From Candidatus Saccharicenans sp. (GTDB lineage: Bacteria > Acidobacteriota > Aminicenantia > Aminicenantales > Saccharicenantaceae), in assembly GCA_026414545.1 (NCBI GenBank), contig JAOAIU010000048.1, positions 46,172-110,171 on the forward strand: a stretch of DNA of 64,000 nucleotides, read 5' to 3'. This document shows, piece by piece, positions 18,443 through 28,893 of the stretch. The notes under the pieces are model-generated. The model was not told where the DNA came from and did not search any database. It was given only the letters and a program-made list of their open reading frames with translations. The translations under genes and the position numbers were made by a program. Every line of letters begins with the position of its first letter. Positions within the stretch are counted from its first letter, which is position 1.

Positions 18443-19966
18443 ATGAAAGACTTTTTTCCTGAGTCCAAGCCCATCAACCGGCGAAAGTTCTTGACTCTCG
18501 GACTTCAGGGTAGCCTGGCCCTGGCCGCCAGCCCGACTCTGGTTAAGGCCCTGCTGGCCGGGGAGGGACAGAAGCTCCAGGTGTCAGACGAGCTTCTGAA
18601 GAAAGCCCTGGCTGCCGCCCTGAAACGGGGAGGAGATTTTGCCGATATCTACGTGGAAAATCGGGTGACCAGAAGCCTCGTCCTGGAGGAAGGCAAATTC
18701 AAGAGCGCGGTCTTTGGCCTGACCCGGGGAGCGGGAGTCCGGGTGATTGATGGGGACAAGACTGGCTTCGCCTATACCGACGAGCTGACCGAAGAAAAAA
18801 TACTGAGGGCGGCCGAGGTGGCATCTTTCATCGCTACCTCCGGGAAAAGGCTTCAGCCCATGGCTCTCAGAGAGCAAAAGAGGCCTTCATACATTAAGGT
18901 CAAAATTCCTCTGCAGGAAGTGGCTGACACCAGAAGGATGGAAATCATGAACAGGGCTCATGAGGCGGCCCTGAGTTACGACCCTCGAATCAAAATGGCC
19001 TCCATCGATTATTACGATGAAATCAGGGACCGGTTAATCGCCACCTCCGAAGGAGTCCTGCTCAGAAGCAGCCTGCCGCTCATTTTCTTCGTCGTCCAGA
19101 CTCTGGCTTCGGGCAATAATACTTCCCACATGGGACGGGAAAGACTGAGCCAGCATGCCGGCCTGGAAATGTTTGACCAGCTGCCGCCAGAAAAAGCCGC
19201 CCGGGAGGCAGCCCGGGAATCGGTGGCCATGCTGGAGGCCCGCGAGGCTCCGGCCGGAAAGCTGGATGTAGTCATTCAGAACGGTTGGGGCGGGGTCCTG
19301 GTCCACGAGGCGGTTGGACATCCGCTCGAGGCCGACAACATAGCCAGAGAGACTGGAGCTTTTGTCGGTAAGCTCGGGCAGAAAGTGGCCGCCGAAATTT
19401 TCACCATGGTGGATGACGGCAGTATTCCCAACTTCCGGGGGTCAACCGACTTTGACGACGAGGGCACCCAGATGAAAAAGAACGTGCTGATAGAAAACGG
19501 GGTGCTGGTCAAGTACCTGACTGACATCCTGTCGGCCAGACAGCTAAAAATGGAAAGAACCGGAAACGGTCGCCGGGAGAGTTTCCGCTACTATCCCATA
19601 CCCAGGATGACCAATACTTACATCGAGAGGGGCAAGGATAAACCCGAAGACATTGTGGCTTCGACCAAGAATGGACTCTACGTCCAGAGCCTGAGCGGAG
19701 GCAGCGTCAACCCCACCACCGGCGTTTTTAATTTTACTTGCCGCGAAGCCTACCTGATTGAAAATGGCAAGAAGACCGTTCCGGTCAGGGGAGCCACCCT
19801 CATCGGCAGCTGCCTCGATATCATTACCAAGATAGACGCGGTGGGCAACGACCTTGATTTTGGCCCCGGCATCTGCGGCAAGGGGCAATCGGCCGAGGTC
19901 ACCGCCGGGCAACCGACGGTCAGGATCAGGGGCATCACCGTCGGCGGAACCAGGCAGAGAACCTAA
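18443..19966 (+). CDS. tldD: TldD metalloprotease subunit with an N-terminal Tat-like signal
   Basis: HEAVGH zinc motif, GNGRRES...PRMTNT, CGK. SD AAGGAG. N-terminus contains INRRKFL followed by a hydrophobic stretch. Confidence 0.9.
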   Translation: MKDFFPESKPINRRKFLTLGLQGSLALAASPTLVKALLAGEGQKLQVSDELLKKALAAALKRGGDFADIYVENRVTRSLVLEEGKFKSAVFGLTRGAGVRVIDGDKTGFAYTDELTEEKILRAAEVASFIATSGKRLQPMALREQKRPSYIKVKIPLQEVADTRRMEIMNRAHEAALSYDPRIKMASIDYYDEIRDRLIATSEGVLLRSSLPLIFFVVQTLASGNNTSHMGRERLSQHAGLEMFDQLPPEKAAREAARESVAMLEAREAPAGKLDVVIQNGWGGVLVHEAVGHPLEADNIARETGAFVGKLGQKVAAEIFTMVDDGSIPNFRGSTDFDDEGTQMKKNVLIENGVLVKYLTDILSARQLKMERTGNGRRESFRYYPIPRMTNTYIERGKDKPEDIVASTKNGLYVQSLSGGSVNPTTGVFNFTCREAYLIENGKKTVPVRGATLIGSCLDIITKIDAVGNDLDFGPGICGKGQSAEVTAGQPTVRIRGITVGGTRQRT

Positions 19967-19979
19967 AGGGAGGAACAAA

Positions 19980-21314
19980 ATGGATTACAGAGCAATAGCC
20001 GAACAGGTCATAAAAATCTGTCAGAGAAAAGGAGCTGACCTGGCCGAGGCTTACCTGTCCAGCGGACGAGAACTCAGCCTCGAAGTAAGAAACGGAAAAA
20101 TCGAGAGCATCCAGGAAGCCAGCAGCTACGGCCTGGGATTGAGGGTCATCAGCGGCAATAAACTGGGATTTGCCTACGTAAACGATTTCAGGCCGGAGAG
20201 CCTGGAAGAAACGGTCAGCCGGGCCCTGGAGTTTGCCAGGATTCTGACTGCCGATAAAAATAACGTCCTGCCCGACGACCCGGGTGTGACCGAAGTCAGG
20301 GGACTGTATGACCCCGGTCTGGCCCAAGTGGCCATGGACAGAAAGATTGCCCTGGCCAGGGAAGTGGAGAATCTGGCCATGAAGGTTCAGGGAATCAGCA
20401 AAAGCGACGGGGCCAGCTACAGAGAGAGCGAGGGCGAAATAGTTCTGGCCAATTCTCTTGGGCTGCTCAAAAGCTACAAGTTCAGCGGTTGTGGCTTCGG
20501 GGTGGGAGTGATTGCCGAAAAGGGAGAACAGAAATCCAGCGGTTATGAATCATGCCAGCGCCGATTTTTCTCCGACCTCAAGCCGGCGGCCGAAGTGGCC
20601 ACCAGAGCTGCCAATAAGGCCCTGGAGATGCTCGACCCCAGGCCGGTCAAGACTCAGCGGGCCGCGGTCATCCTCGACCCCGATGTAGCTTTCGCTATCC
20701 TCGGTGGAATCGTCCAGGCGATCAACGGCGAGCGAGTGCTCCAGGGAGCCAGTTTCCTGGGTAAAAAGCTGGGCCAAAAAATTGCATCCGAGCTAATTAC
20801 CATCATTGATGACGGCACGCTGGAAAAGGGCCTGGGCTCCGCGCCCTTTGACGGAGAAGGAGTGCCCACCCAGAAACGCCCGGTGGTGGAGAACGGTGTC
20901 CTCAAGGGCTTTCTGTATAATACTTATGCCGGGAGAAGGGCCGGAACCAAGAGCACCGGCAATGCCATCCGCGGCGGCTTTGACAGCCTGCCGGGCATCG
21001 GTCCACACAATTTCTACCTGGCGGCCGGAAAGAGCCAACCGGAAGAAATTATCGCGGCCACTGAAAGGGGAGTGCTGGTCAAGGAAATTACCGGTTACGG
21101 AATAAACCCGGTCAATGGCAATTTCAGCGGCGGGGCCACCGGCCTGTGGATAGAAAACGGAAAAATAGCCTTTCCGGTAAAAGGCATAACCATCGCCGGC
21201 ACGGCCGACGAAATCCTGAACGGAATAGATATGCTGGGCAACGACCTGGATTTGAACCGCAGCCGGACTATCCCCACCCTCAGGATTAAATCTCTGCAGA
21301 TAGGCGGAGAATAA
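19980..21314 (+). CDS. pmbA: TldE/PmbA non-catalytic subunit
   Basis: PFDGEGVPT, STGNA.R, NPVNGNFS, WIENGKI; no HExxH. Confidence 0.88.
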   Translation: MDYRAIAEQVIKICQRKGADLAEAYLSSGRELSLEVRNGKIESIQEASSYGLGLRVISGNKLGFAYVNDFRPESLEETVSRALEFARILTADKNNVLPDDPGVTEVRGLYDPGLAQVAMDRKIALAREVENLAMKVQGISKSDGASYRESEGEIVLANSLGLLKSYKFSGCGFGVGVIAEKGEQKSSGYESCQRRFFSDLKPAAEVATRAANKALEMLDPRPVKTQRAAVILDPDVAFAILGGIVQAINGERVLQGASFLGKKLGQKIASELITIIDDGTLEKGLGSAPFDGEGVPTQKRPVVENGVLKGFLYNTYAGRRAGTKSTGNAIRGGFDSLPGIGPHNFYLAAGKSQPEEIIAATERGVLVKEITGYGINPVNGNFSGGATGLWIENGKIAFPVKGITIAGTADEILNGIDMLGNDLDLNRSRTIPTLRIKSLQIGGE

Positions 21315-21635
21315 TAAAAAAATTACGAGCCCTCTGGTCGGATAAAGCCCGACTGCCCGGAGCTCTTCGCCCCGGAGTCAGGAAAAGTCTGCGGGTGAAT
21401 TAGAGTTCAGCCGAGCCCAGGGGGAGCCAGGGCGAAAACGGGCTGCGCTCCCCGGAAATCAATCAGGATGAGACTTTCCGGGCCGAAGCGGAACCCGCCC
21501 CTCTTCTCAAGAAGTCTGGCCAGATTGATTCCCGGCTACTGGTCCTAATAACTTTTAGTTTTCACGGCCCGAAATATGACTATCAAACCAGCTGATGGTG
21601 GCCAGAACTCCTGGCTTTTTAGTGCCGTCAACCGC

Positions 21636-23420
21636 TTATTTCAGGCTGATTTTTTGTTCCAGGTAACCGCCCTTCAGCGAATCGTAGATGAGGTTGACTT
21701 GGCCCGAGCCTTCAACCAGCAGTCGAAAGTCCACATAACCGAACCCCGGAATGCCGTTATCCACCTGAACATAATTTTTCCTGACCTGGAGCGGTTCCGA
21801 CAGCTCCCGGAAACGGTCAGTCAGAATTCCAGCCGAAACCAGCCTGGTATTCCCTTCCAGCCTGAGCATATCGGGGCGGTGCAGTTTCCTCTGAACGGCC
21901 TGGCTAGAAATTGAAGGGGTTACCCGGTCGTTGGCGATCCTGACCTCTACCTGATACTGCCCGTTTTCCAGCTTCTTGAGGCTGACGTTTTCCACCTTGA
22001 GTCTTGGCAGCTGGTCGGCATGGTAAAGGCAGAAAGCGGCGTTCCGGTGGCAGGTCTCAGCCAGTTGAAACAGGGCTGGCACCCGGCGTCCCATTTTCTT
22101 AACTCCTCCGATTTCGATATCACCATAGAGAGGATGCTTGTAAGGTTTCCACTCCACCAGCTGTTCACCCATCAATACCAGCTGGTGGTAAACGATTTCC
22201 TCCAGGCTGGCCCCGGCCCGGAACATCCGGCTCCGGACGTCTTCGTCTTCTTCTTCAGCGCCCCTTCTCTGGGCCGCCGGCTGGGTTCCAGCGTACTGGT
22301 CAAAATCGAGTTCGTTGGAGAAGGTGAAAATACCGAGAAGGTAATAGGTGAAATCAATCGTCCCGCCGTAGACGGTGTACATGTCCTTGTAGATAACAAT
22401 GTAGCGGTAGCCGGGAAGAATCTTTTCGCCCTGCTTTCCGATGTAATCATAGACCTGGCGGTCCTGGGGAAGCGTCTCGCCCAGGTTCTTGGCTCCGGGT
22501 CCGCGCAGAATCATGCCGCCGTAATTGTGGAAGGACTGAGCCCCCATTATGTTGGGGTGGGCCAGGAGGAAATCCCTGACTGCCCTGGTCTCTGGCCAGC
22601 AGAAAGGATAAGAACCAGCTCCCCGCTGGACGTAATTGGGCTGCCAGTTGTAACCGAAGTTCCGGTTCAGGTCATAGCCGCCCGGGCCGTCCTCGTTGAC
22701 CTGGCCGTCGCCGTCGTTATCCAGGCCTTCTGAACCCAGGATGATGAACTCGCCCTTTTCTCCCGGACGGCAGGGAACCATGACCAGGGGGTTGTCCGGG
22801 CTGGTCTTATAATTTCCCTTCGGGTCGCGCTTGCGCATGTAGGTTATCGAACCATCCCCGTCCAGGTCATCCGGGCCGTCTTCGTCCAGAAGACCGTCTC
22901 GGTCATCATCATAGGGGACGAGTCCCGAGCGCGGGGAATTGGAATCGGTGGCCAGGTGCAGGAAATAATCGCGGCTGTCGGGGTTCATGGTGGGAACGAT
23001 ATAGAAAGCCCGGTCTCGCAGCAGTCGGTCGACGAACTCCAGCCGGCCAGAATTTTTGAGCAGATAGTAGATGGCATAAAGGGCCACTTCCGCCCCCTGG
23101 ATTTCGTTGCCGTGGATGTTGCCGTCGATGTAAAAACCGGGCTTGCGCTCGGCCGGACCGGTGGCCGGGTTATTGATGATGACCGCCCAGATATCCCGTC
23201 CCTGATAGGATTTGCCAATCGATTCCAGCTTCATCAGGTCGGGATAAGCCTTCTGCAACTCTTTGAGAGCGGAGGTCAGCTCCGAGTGGTCATAAAAGTG
23301 GTCGAAGCTGAGCTTGACCTCGGGCCTGGGCCTGGTGCTCTGAGAGGAACTTAACTGGCTTAATCCCGAAAGCGTGATAGCCAAGACTATGAGCAGAATA
23401 ATCTTAGAGGCTCTTATCAT
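21636..23420 (-). CDS. Secreted M14 zinc carboxypeptidase (catalytically complete)
   Basis: Signal peptide, NIHGNE (HxxE), DLNRN, SFHN, FSNEL; Asp-rich Ca-binding-like inserts. Confidence 0.9.
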   Translation of the reverse strand: MIRASKIILLIVLAITLSGLSQLSSSQSTRPRPEVKLSFDHFYDHSELTSALKELQKAYPDLMKLESIGKSYQGRDIWAVIINNPATGPAERKPGFYIDGNIHGNEIQGAEVALYAIYYLLKNSGRLEFVDRLLRDRAFYIVPTMNPDSRDYFLHLATDSNSPRSGLVPYDDDRDGLLDEDGPDDLDGDGSITYMRKRDPKGNYKTSPDNPLVMVPCRPGEKGEFIILGSEGLDNDGDGQVNEDGPGGYDLNRNFGYNWQPNYVQRGAGSYPFCWPETRAVRDFLLAHPNIMGAQSFHNYGGMILRGPGAKNLGETLPQDRQVYDYIGKQGEKILPGYRYIVIYKDMYTVYGGTIDFTYYLLGIFTFSNELDFDQYAGTQPAAQRRGAEEEDEDVRSRMFRAGASLEEIVYHQLVLMGEQLVEWKPYKHPLYGDIEIGGVKKMGRRVPALFQLAETCHRNAAFCLYHADQLPRLKVENVSLKKLENGQYQVEVRIANDRVTPSISSQAVQRKLHRPDMLRLEGNTRLVSAGILTDRFRELSEPLQVRKNYVQVDNGIPGFGYVDFRLLVEGSGQVNLIYDSLKGGYLEQKISLK

Positions 23421-23430
23421 GATTGTTCTC

Positions 23431-25473
23431 CTAATCCACCTTGATCATCTTTTCCACGGGCGATACCCGGTTGCTCCAGACCCTGACCGCCAGGCTGGAA
23501 CCTTTGCTGGCCTGGACTGTCCATTCCAGTTTCTTGACCTCGCCACCCTGAAGGTGCGATACCAGTTCTACCGGCCGCCCGGCAAAAAGCTTCTGCTTGC
23601 CCTCCAGTCTTAAACTGACTCTGATGGGGTAGGAGGTCAGGGCCCGCCGACCCTGGGCCAAGGAAGTGGGCAGAAGCCCATCATTCTGCAGGTAGACGGT
23701 CAGCCGGTAAAGGTCAGACCCGAGTTTTTCAATTTTAGTTTCCCTTATGGAGACGACTGGCAATTTCATCATGAGTTTTCGGCTGTATTGAACATGGTAC
23801 CTGAGGGCAGCCTGAAGCTGGTCAGCCGGCGGTGTGTATTTTATGAAAGGAACAAAACCCCCAATTTCCACCAGACCCAGCCCGGGATGCTTGAATTGCT
23901 TCCAGTTGACAAAACCAGCACCTTTTAAGACGTTATCGGAATAGGCCAGGAGATAAGCTTCCGGATTTTCTTCGCCCGCTGTGGCTCCGGCCGGCCTGGG
24001 CATTTTTTCCATCATCTCGGCCATCCTGGCCGGCGTGACCTGGCCCGATTGCACCATCTTGATGAGCATGGTGGCATTAAAGTTGGGGGGAGCGCCCCTG
24101 TCCTTCAGAAAAGCCGCGATTTTCTCCTCCCCCAGGGACAGGAATTCTTCCGACGACATCGACCTGAGGCGGTCGGGAGTTAATTCGTCCTTTTTATCTT
24201 CCTTTTTTGGCTCAGCGACCTGCCACAGGTCAAAGGAAAACACCGGCACCCCGTACTGGTAATAGGCAAAAGCCGCCAAGGAGCCCTTGCCCACGCCCCT
24301 GGCTCTCTTTTCCAGGTAATCCAGGCCGACTTCCTTCAGTCCGCTTTTGTATTCCTTCTGAAGCTCTTCGTATATGGCCTGGTCCGAGCGGTCCAGGTTC
24401 ATGGCCGGGCCCAGCCCCAGGAAAGTGGCCACCAGGCTCTCGTCTACTTCCATGCCCCCGGCGAAGCCAGAGCTTTTCAGAACATCCACAATTTCCTTAA
24501 GCGTATATTCAGCCTCGGGGTCCAGCCCGAGGAAGCTGGCAAATTGCCGGGGAACTCGGACCCGGTCCGCACCAACTCTGGCCTGTCCGGTCTGCTGCAT
24601 ATTAAGCAGGTTATTCTCGGTAGAAAAATTTATTACCATGGCTATGTTGTTATGGTCGAACATGAACTTCAACAGGGCTTCGGTTTCGGGTTCAGATACC
24701 GGATAAAGGCCGGATCGCTTCTGGAAATACTCAAAGTCGTGGGGGAAATTTCTGTTCAGGTCCACTCCGCCGGGGCCATCCTCGTTTATCTGGCCATCGC
24801 CATCATTATCCAGGCCCTCCGTATATACCAAGTATTCTCCCTTCTCTCCTTTTTTCGGGTCGGCCAGCTTCATCAGCCTGGGCTCCCGGGGGTCAATCAT
24901 CCAGCGGCCTTCTGGCGATTTGACTCTCATGGTGGTAATGAGTCCGTCGCCGTCGAGGTCCTCCGGCCCATCCTCATCGACCAGTCCGTCGTTGTCTTCA
25001 TCCACAGGGCGGCCGTTAAAAGTCCTTTCCTGTCTTGGTTTCGAGAAATAGGCTGCCGCCGCTTCTGGATTCAACAGCGGAATTATGTAAACGGTATTCC
25101 GGTTCAAGAAATCCGTCCAGGCCTTATCCTGGCCATAGTCGGTAAGAATGGATTCGGCCAGTTGCAGGGCGGCCTCGGTTCCCGGAAGGTGAATCCCTTC
25201 TGCGTTAGCCACCACCAGCACGGCCGGCCTATCTTCCGGCTCGGACTTATTCTTTCGCCCGGCAATTTCCAGGACAAGGATATCCTGACCGCCAAACGAT
25301 TTACCGATGCCCTTCAGGCGGCTGATTTCAGGGAATTTGCCGGCCAGGCTTTTCAGGCTGGCGGCCACTTCGGCCGGTGAATGGTATTTTGTTTCTACCT
25401 GAGCCACCAGCAGGGGAGCGGCCAGCAGAAAGCAGAAGATAACCAGGAACAACGGGATCTTATATTTGGACAT
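23431..25473 (-). CDS. Secreted M14-fold paralog with degenerate zinc ligands
   Basis: Same scaffold (GKSFGG, PLLNPE, DLNRNFP, Asp-rich inserts), but NAEGIH replaces IHGNE. SD GGAGG. Confidence 0.85.
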   Translation of the reverse strand: MSKYKIPLFLVIFCFLLAAPLLVAQVETKYHSPAEVAASLKSLAGKFPEISRLKGIGKSFGGQDILVLEIAGRKNKSEPEDRPAVLVVANAEGIHLPGTEAALQLAESILTDYGQDKAWTDFLNRNTVYIIPLLNPEAAAAYFSKPRQERTFNGRPVDEDNDGLVDEDGPEDLDGDGLITTMRVKSPEGRWMIDPREPRLMKLADPKKGEKGEYLVYTEGLDNDGDGQINEDGPGGVDLNRNFPHDFEYFQKRSGLYPVSEPETEALLKFMFDHNNIAMVINFSTENNLLNMQQTGQARVGADRVRVPRQFASFLGLDPEAEYTLKEIVDVLKSSGFAGGMEVDESLVATFLGLGPAMNLDRSDQAIYEELQKEYKSGLKEVGLDYLEKRARGVGKGSLAAFAYYQYGVPVFSFDLWQVAEPKKEDKKDELTPDRLRSMSSEEFLSLGEEKIAAFLKDRGAPPNFNATMLIKMVQSGQVTPARMAEMMEKMPRPAGATAGEENPEAYLLAYSDNVLKGAGFVNWKQFKHPGLGLVEIGGFVPFIKYTPPADQLQAALRYHVQYSRKLMMKLPVVSIRETKIEKLGSDLYRLTVYLQNDGLLPTSLAQGRRALTSYPIRVSLRLEGKQKLFAGRPVELVSHLQGGEVKKLEWTVQASKGSSLAVRVWSNRVSPVEKMIKVD

Positions 25474-25657
25474 AAATCCTCCTTCCAATTTCCAGCAAGA
25501 ATAAATATACGGACAAGAACTCAGCATGGTTCTGACGTTATCGACCTTATGAAAACTCCGGGCCATCAGCAGATAACAAATAAATTATTTTTATCGTCTG
25601 AGGTTCTTATCTTATAATGGACCTCGGTCAGAAGCAAATCAGAAATTGGAGGTCAAC

Positions 25658-28600
25658 ATGCCGAGCGCCCGGAGAGATTTAATTTTTCCATTCCGGCGGA
25701 AAAATATCCTCACCATTAAGGCAGTAATTTTCTGCCTGGCTTTCCTGATGTTCCGGTCACCCCTTCCGGCCCAGGCGCAGCAAACGGACCGGGTCAATGA
25801 ATACCTGAATAAGTTTATCACCTGGAGGAACATCGGCCCGGCAGTTCCTGGTGGCCGAACCGTGGACCTGGATGTGGTGGAAAAAAATCCCTCGATAATA
25901 TACGCGGCCGTCGGACCCAGCGGGCTATGGAAATCGGAAAATAATGGACTTAGCTGGTTTCCGGTCTTTCAGCGCGAAGAAACAGTTTCGGTGGGAGCAG
26001 TGGCTGTGGCCCAGTCTTCGCCCGATGTTGTCTGGGTAGGAACCGGGGAAAGCACCAGCCGGAATTCAGTCACAGTTGGAAATGGAGTTTACAAGTCAAC
26101 CGACGGGGGCAAGACCTGGAAGAACATGGGGCTCAATGATACCAGGCACATCAGCCGGATCATCATCAGTCGGGGAGACCCCAACGTCGTCTATGTGGCA
26201 GCCATGGGCCACCTCTGGGGGCCTAACTCCGAGCGTGGAATTTACAAGACCATAGACGGGGGCCAGAGCTGGCAAAAGATTCTCTATGTTAATGAAAATA
26301 CAGGATTTAGCGACCTGGAAATGGACTCCGGAGATTCTCAAGTTCTCTACGCCGCTGCTTATGAACACCGCCGGCTTCCATACCGCATGGTCAGCGGCGG
26401 ACCGGGCAGCGGTATTTTTAAATCCACTGACGGTGGCTTGACCTGGTCCAGGCTGACCAGGGACTTGCCTGAAGGAATCATGGGCAGAATCGGGCTGGCC
26501 GTATCCAGGAGCAAGCCAGGAGTGGTCTATGCCCTGATTGAACACCAGGACCCGGGAATCTGGCGCTCGGAAGATTATGGCCAGAGCTGGAAGAGGACCT
26601 GCGATGCCAAGACCTACAAAAATGTAAATAACAGGCCATTTTATTACAGCCATATCTATGTCGACCCGTCTGATGACCGGACCATTTATGTCCAGTCCAC
26701 CGGTCTTTACGTTTCTAATGACATGGGCCAGAAATTCCGGGCGATAGGGCAGGGGACCCATCCTGATCACCATGCCCTGTGGATCGACCCGGCCAACCCG
26801 TGGCATCTAATCGACGGAAATGACGGCGGCATAGATATTACCTATGACGGCGGCAAGACCTGGTTCCCGGTGACCAGCATCGACGCGGCCGAGGTCTATC
26901 AGGTGGGCTTTGATTATAGTCTGCCCTACAGGGTCTACTGCGGGCTCCAGGATAATGGCTGCTGGGGTGGCCCCTCCAATTCTCTGGACAGCCGGGGAAT
27001 CCTTAATGAGCACTGGGAATTCATAAATGGGGGAGACGGCTTTTTTGTCAGACCAGACCCTGAGAACAGCTTTATTGTCTATTGCAATTCTCAGAATAAT
27101 GGACTTATCAGGAAAGATCTCAGGCACGGTCTGGGCAAGAGCCTCAGGCCTGAGGCTCCGCTGAATGAGCCCCCTTACCGGTTTAACTGGAATGCACCCA
27201 TCATGATATCACCTCATGATAATAATACAGTCTATTGCGCCGGAAACTTCCTTTTCAGGTCAAAAGATGGGGGATATTCCTGGGAAAAGATCAGCCCGGA
27301 CCTGACCAGCAACGACCCGGCCAAGCAGGTTGACGGAGTGGGCCCTATAACCATTGAAAACAGCGGGGCCGAGGTCCATTGCACCATTACAGCCATAGCT
27401 GAATCGCCCGTACAGGCCGGGGTATTGTGGTGTGGGACTGATGACGGCAACCTTCAAGTTTCACGGGATGGAGGCCAGAGCTGGACCAACGTTGCGAGGA
27501 ATATCACGGGACTTCCCCGGAATTCCTGGTGTTCCAGGGTTGAGGCCTCTCATTTTGAAGCTGGAACAGCCTACGTAGCCTTTGATAACCACCGTAGCGA
27601 TGATTATTCACCATATATTTACAAGACTACTGACTTTGGAAAGACCTGGAAATCCCTGCGCTCCAACCTGCCCGCATTTGGCTGGGTGCATGTAATAAGA
27701 GAGCATCCTAAAAATAGGAATTTACTGTTTGTTGGAACAGAATTTGGAATTTATGCTTCTTATAACTTTGGGTTAAGTTGGCTTAAAATTCACGGCACAA
27801 ATTTACCTACTGTAGCCGTCAATGACATTGCCATTCATCCCAGAGAAGATGACCTTATCATCGGAACTCATGGCCGGGGCATCTGGATCCTGGACGATAT
27901 CTGTTACCTCAGCCAGTTCAACCCGGATATCATAAATTCTGATTTTTACCTTTTTAGGCCCAGAGCCGCCTATCTTTTCTTAAATTCTAGCCGGGGAGAC
28001 ATTTATTCGACTTTCGGTTTCAGGGGAAATAACCCGCCCGTCGGAGCTGGGCTTACTTATTTTGTCCGCAGCGACCTCAGCGGGGATTTTAAAATAGTTA
28101 TTCGTTCGAACGATAACGAGCCGGTCATAGAAATCCCGCTTCAGAAGAAAGCCGGCCTTAATCGAACCAGCTGGAATCTCCAGTTTTTACCAAGAACCGG
28201 CAGCGGCGAAAAACCTCAGATGGTCGGTATCATGAACGTCATGTGTAATGTTACTCCTGGGGAATACAGTGTTTACATAAAAATAGGGGACAAAGAACAT
28301 CAAGCAAAGCTAACGGTTTTTCCCGACCCCAGATTTGAACTTAACCCGGCAGAAATTCAGAAGCAATATCAGCTTGTGGCCGAGCTGACCAAAATCAACA
28401 ACTTTTATGCCAGGGCTATTGCTGTGGTACGCAATATTTCCAGAGATCTGGAAAAGACCAGCACCGAGATTGCAAATATTAAAGACGAGTCAACCAGAAA
28501 GCAAGCAGAGAATCAGCACAGGAAATTCCTCGATTCCTTCAATACCATGTCTGATATTTTTCAGACAGAGGGGACCATGCTCGGCCTTTCCATTCCTTAC

Positions 28601-28846
28601 CAGAAATTCCTCCGTGGTCCAATAAATATTAAGCTCATTACCCTTATTCAAGGAATCGCTGGTTATCCAGCAGGCCCAACAGCAACCGAAATTAGACAGG
28701 CAGAAGAACTCATCTCCAGGATCCGCAATTCAATCCAGAAGCTAAATGAATTCATCAACAAAGACCTGGACGAATTCAACCGCTTCCTCGAATCAAATAA
28801 ATTAACGCCCATAAAGAAACCGGAACCATTAACCATGGATAACTGA
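25658..28846 (+). CDS. Secreted VPS10/BNR-repeat beta-propeller protein (sortilin-like, putative glycosyl hydrolase)
   Basis: WRNIGP...GGR start; many S/T-x-D-G-G-x-(T/S)-W Asp-boxes; C-terminal helical tail. Confidence 0.85.
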   Translation: MPSARRDLIFPFRRKNILTIKAVIFCLAFLMFRSPLPAQAQQTDRVNEYLNKFITWRNIGPAVPGGRTVDLDVVEKNPSIIYAAVGPSGLWKSENNGLSWFPVFQREETVSVGAVAVAQSSPDVVWVGTGESTSRNSVTVGNGVYKSTDGGKTWKNMGLNDTRHISRIIISRGDPNVVYVAAMGHLWGPNSERGIYKTIDGGQSWQKILYVNENTGFSDLEMDSGDSQVLYAAAYEHRRLPYRMVSGGPGSGIFKSTDGGLTWSRLTRDLPEGIMGRIGLAVSRSKPGVVYALIEHQDPGIWRSEDYGQSWKRTCDAKTYKNVNNRPFYYSHIYVDPSDDRTIYVQSTGLYVSNDMGQKFRAIGQGTHPDHHALWIDPANPWHLIDGNDGGIDITYDGGKTWFPVTSIDAAEVYQVGFDYSLPYRVYCGLQDNGCWGGPSNSLDSRGILNEHWEFINGGDGFFVRPDPENSFIVYCNSQNNGLIRKDLRHGLGKSLRPEAPLNEPPYRFNWNAPIMISPHDNNTVYCAGNFLFRSKDGGYSWEKISPDLTSNDPAKQVDGVGPITIENSGAEVHCTITAIAESPVQAGVLWCGTDDGNLQVSRDGGQSWTNVARNITGLPRNSWCSRVEASHFEAGTAYVAFDNHRSDDYSPYIYKTTDFGKTWKSLRSNLPAFGWVHVIREHPKNRNLLFVGTEFGIYASYNFGLSWLKIHGTNLPTVAVNDIAIHPREDDLIIGTHGRGIWILDDICYLSQFNPDIINSDFYLFRPRAAYLFLNSSRGDIYSTFGFRGNNPPVGAGLTYFVRSDLSGDFKIVIRSNDNEPVIEIPLQKKAGLNRTSWNLQFLPRTGSGEKPQMVGIMNVMCNVTPGEYSVYIKIGDKEHQAKLTVFPDPRFELNPAEIQKQYQLVAELTKINNFYARAIAVVRNISRDLEKTSTEIANIKDESTRKQAENQHRKFLDSFNTMSDIFQTEGTMLGLSIPYQKFLRGPINIKLITLIQGIAGYPAGPTATEIRQAEELISRIRNSIQKLNEFINKDLDEFNRFLESNKLTPIKKPEPLTMDN

Positions 28847-28874
28847 TAATTCAAATATTTTATATATTATTTAT

Positions 28875-28887
28875 TATCAATTACTTA
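28875..28887 (+). promoter_or_regulatory. IHF-binding consensus site
   Basis: TATCAATTACTTA matches WATCAANNNNTTR, with an AT-rich 5' flank. Confidence 0.5.
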
Positions 28888-28893
28888 TAGATA

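Noticed and set aside
21315-21635. ncRNA or repeat in the convergent gaps (also 13075-13312 and 61671-61895)
   Set aside because: I could not find a recognisable RNA motif, a shared repeat or a CRISPR-like period.
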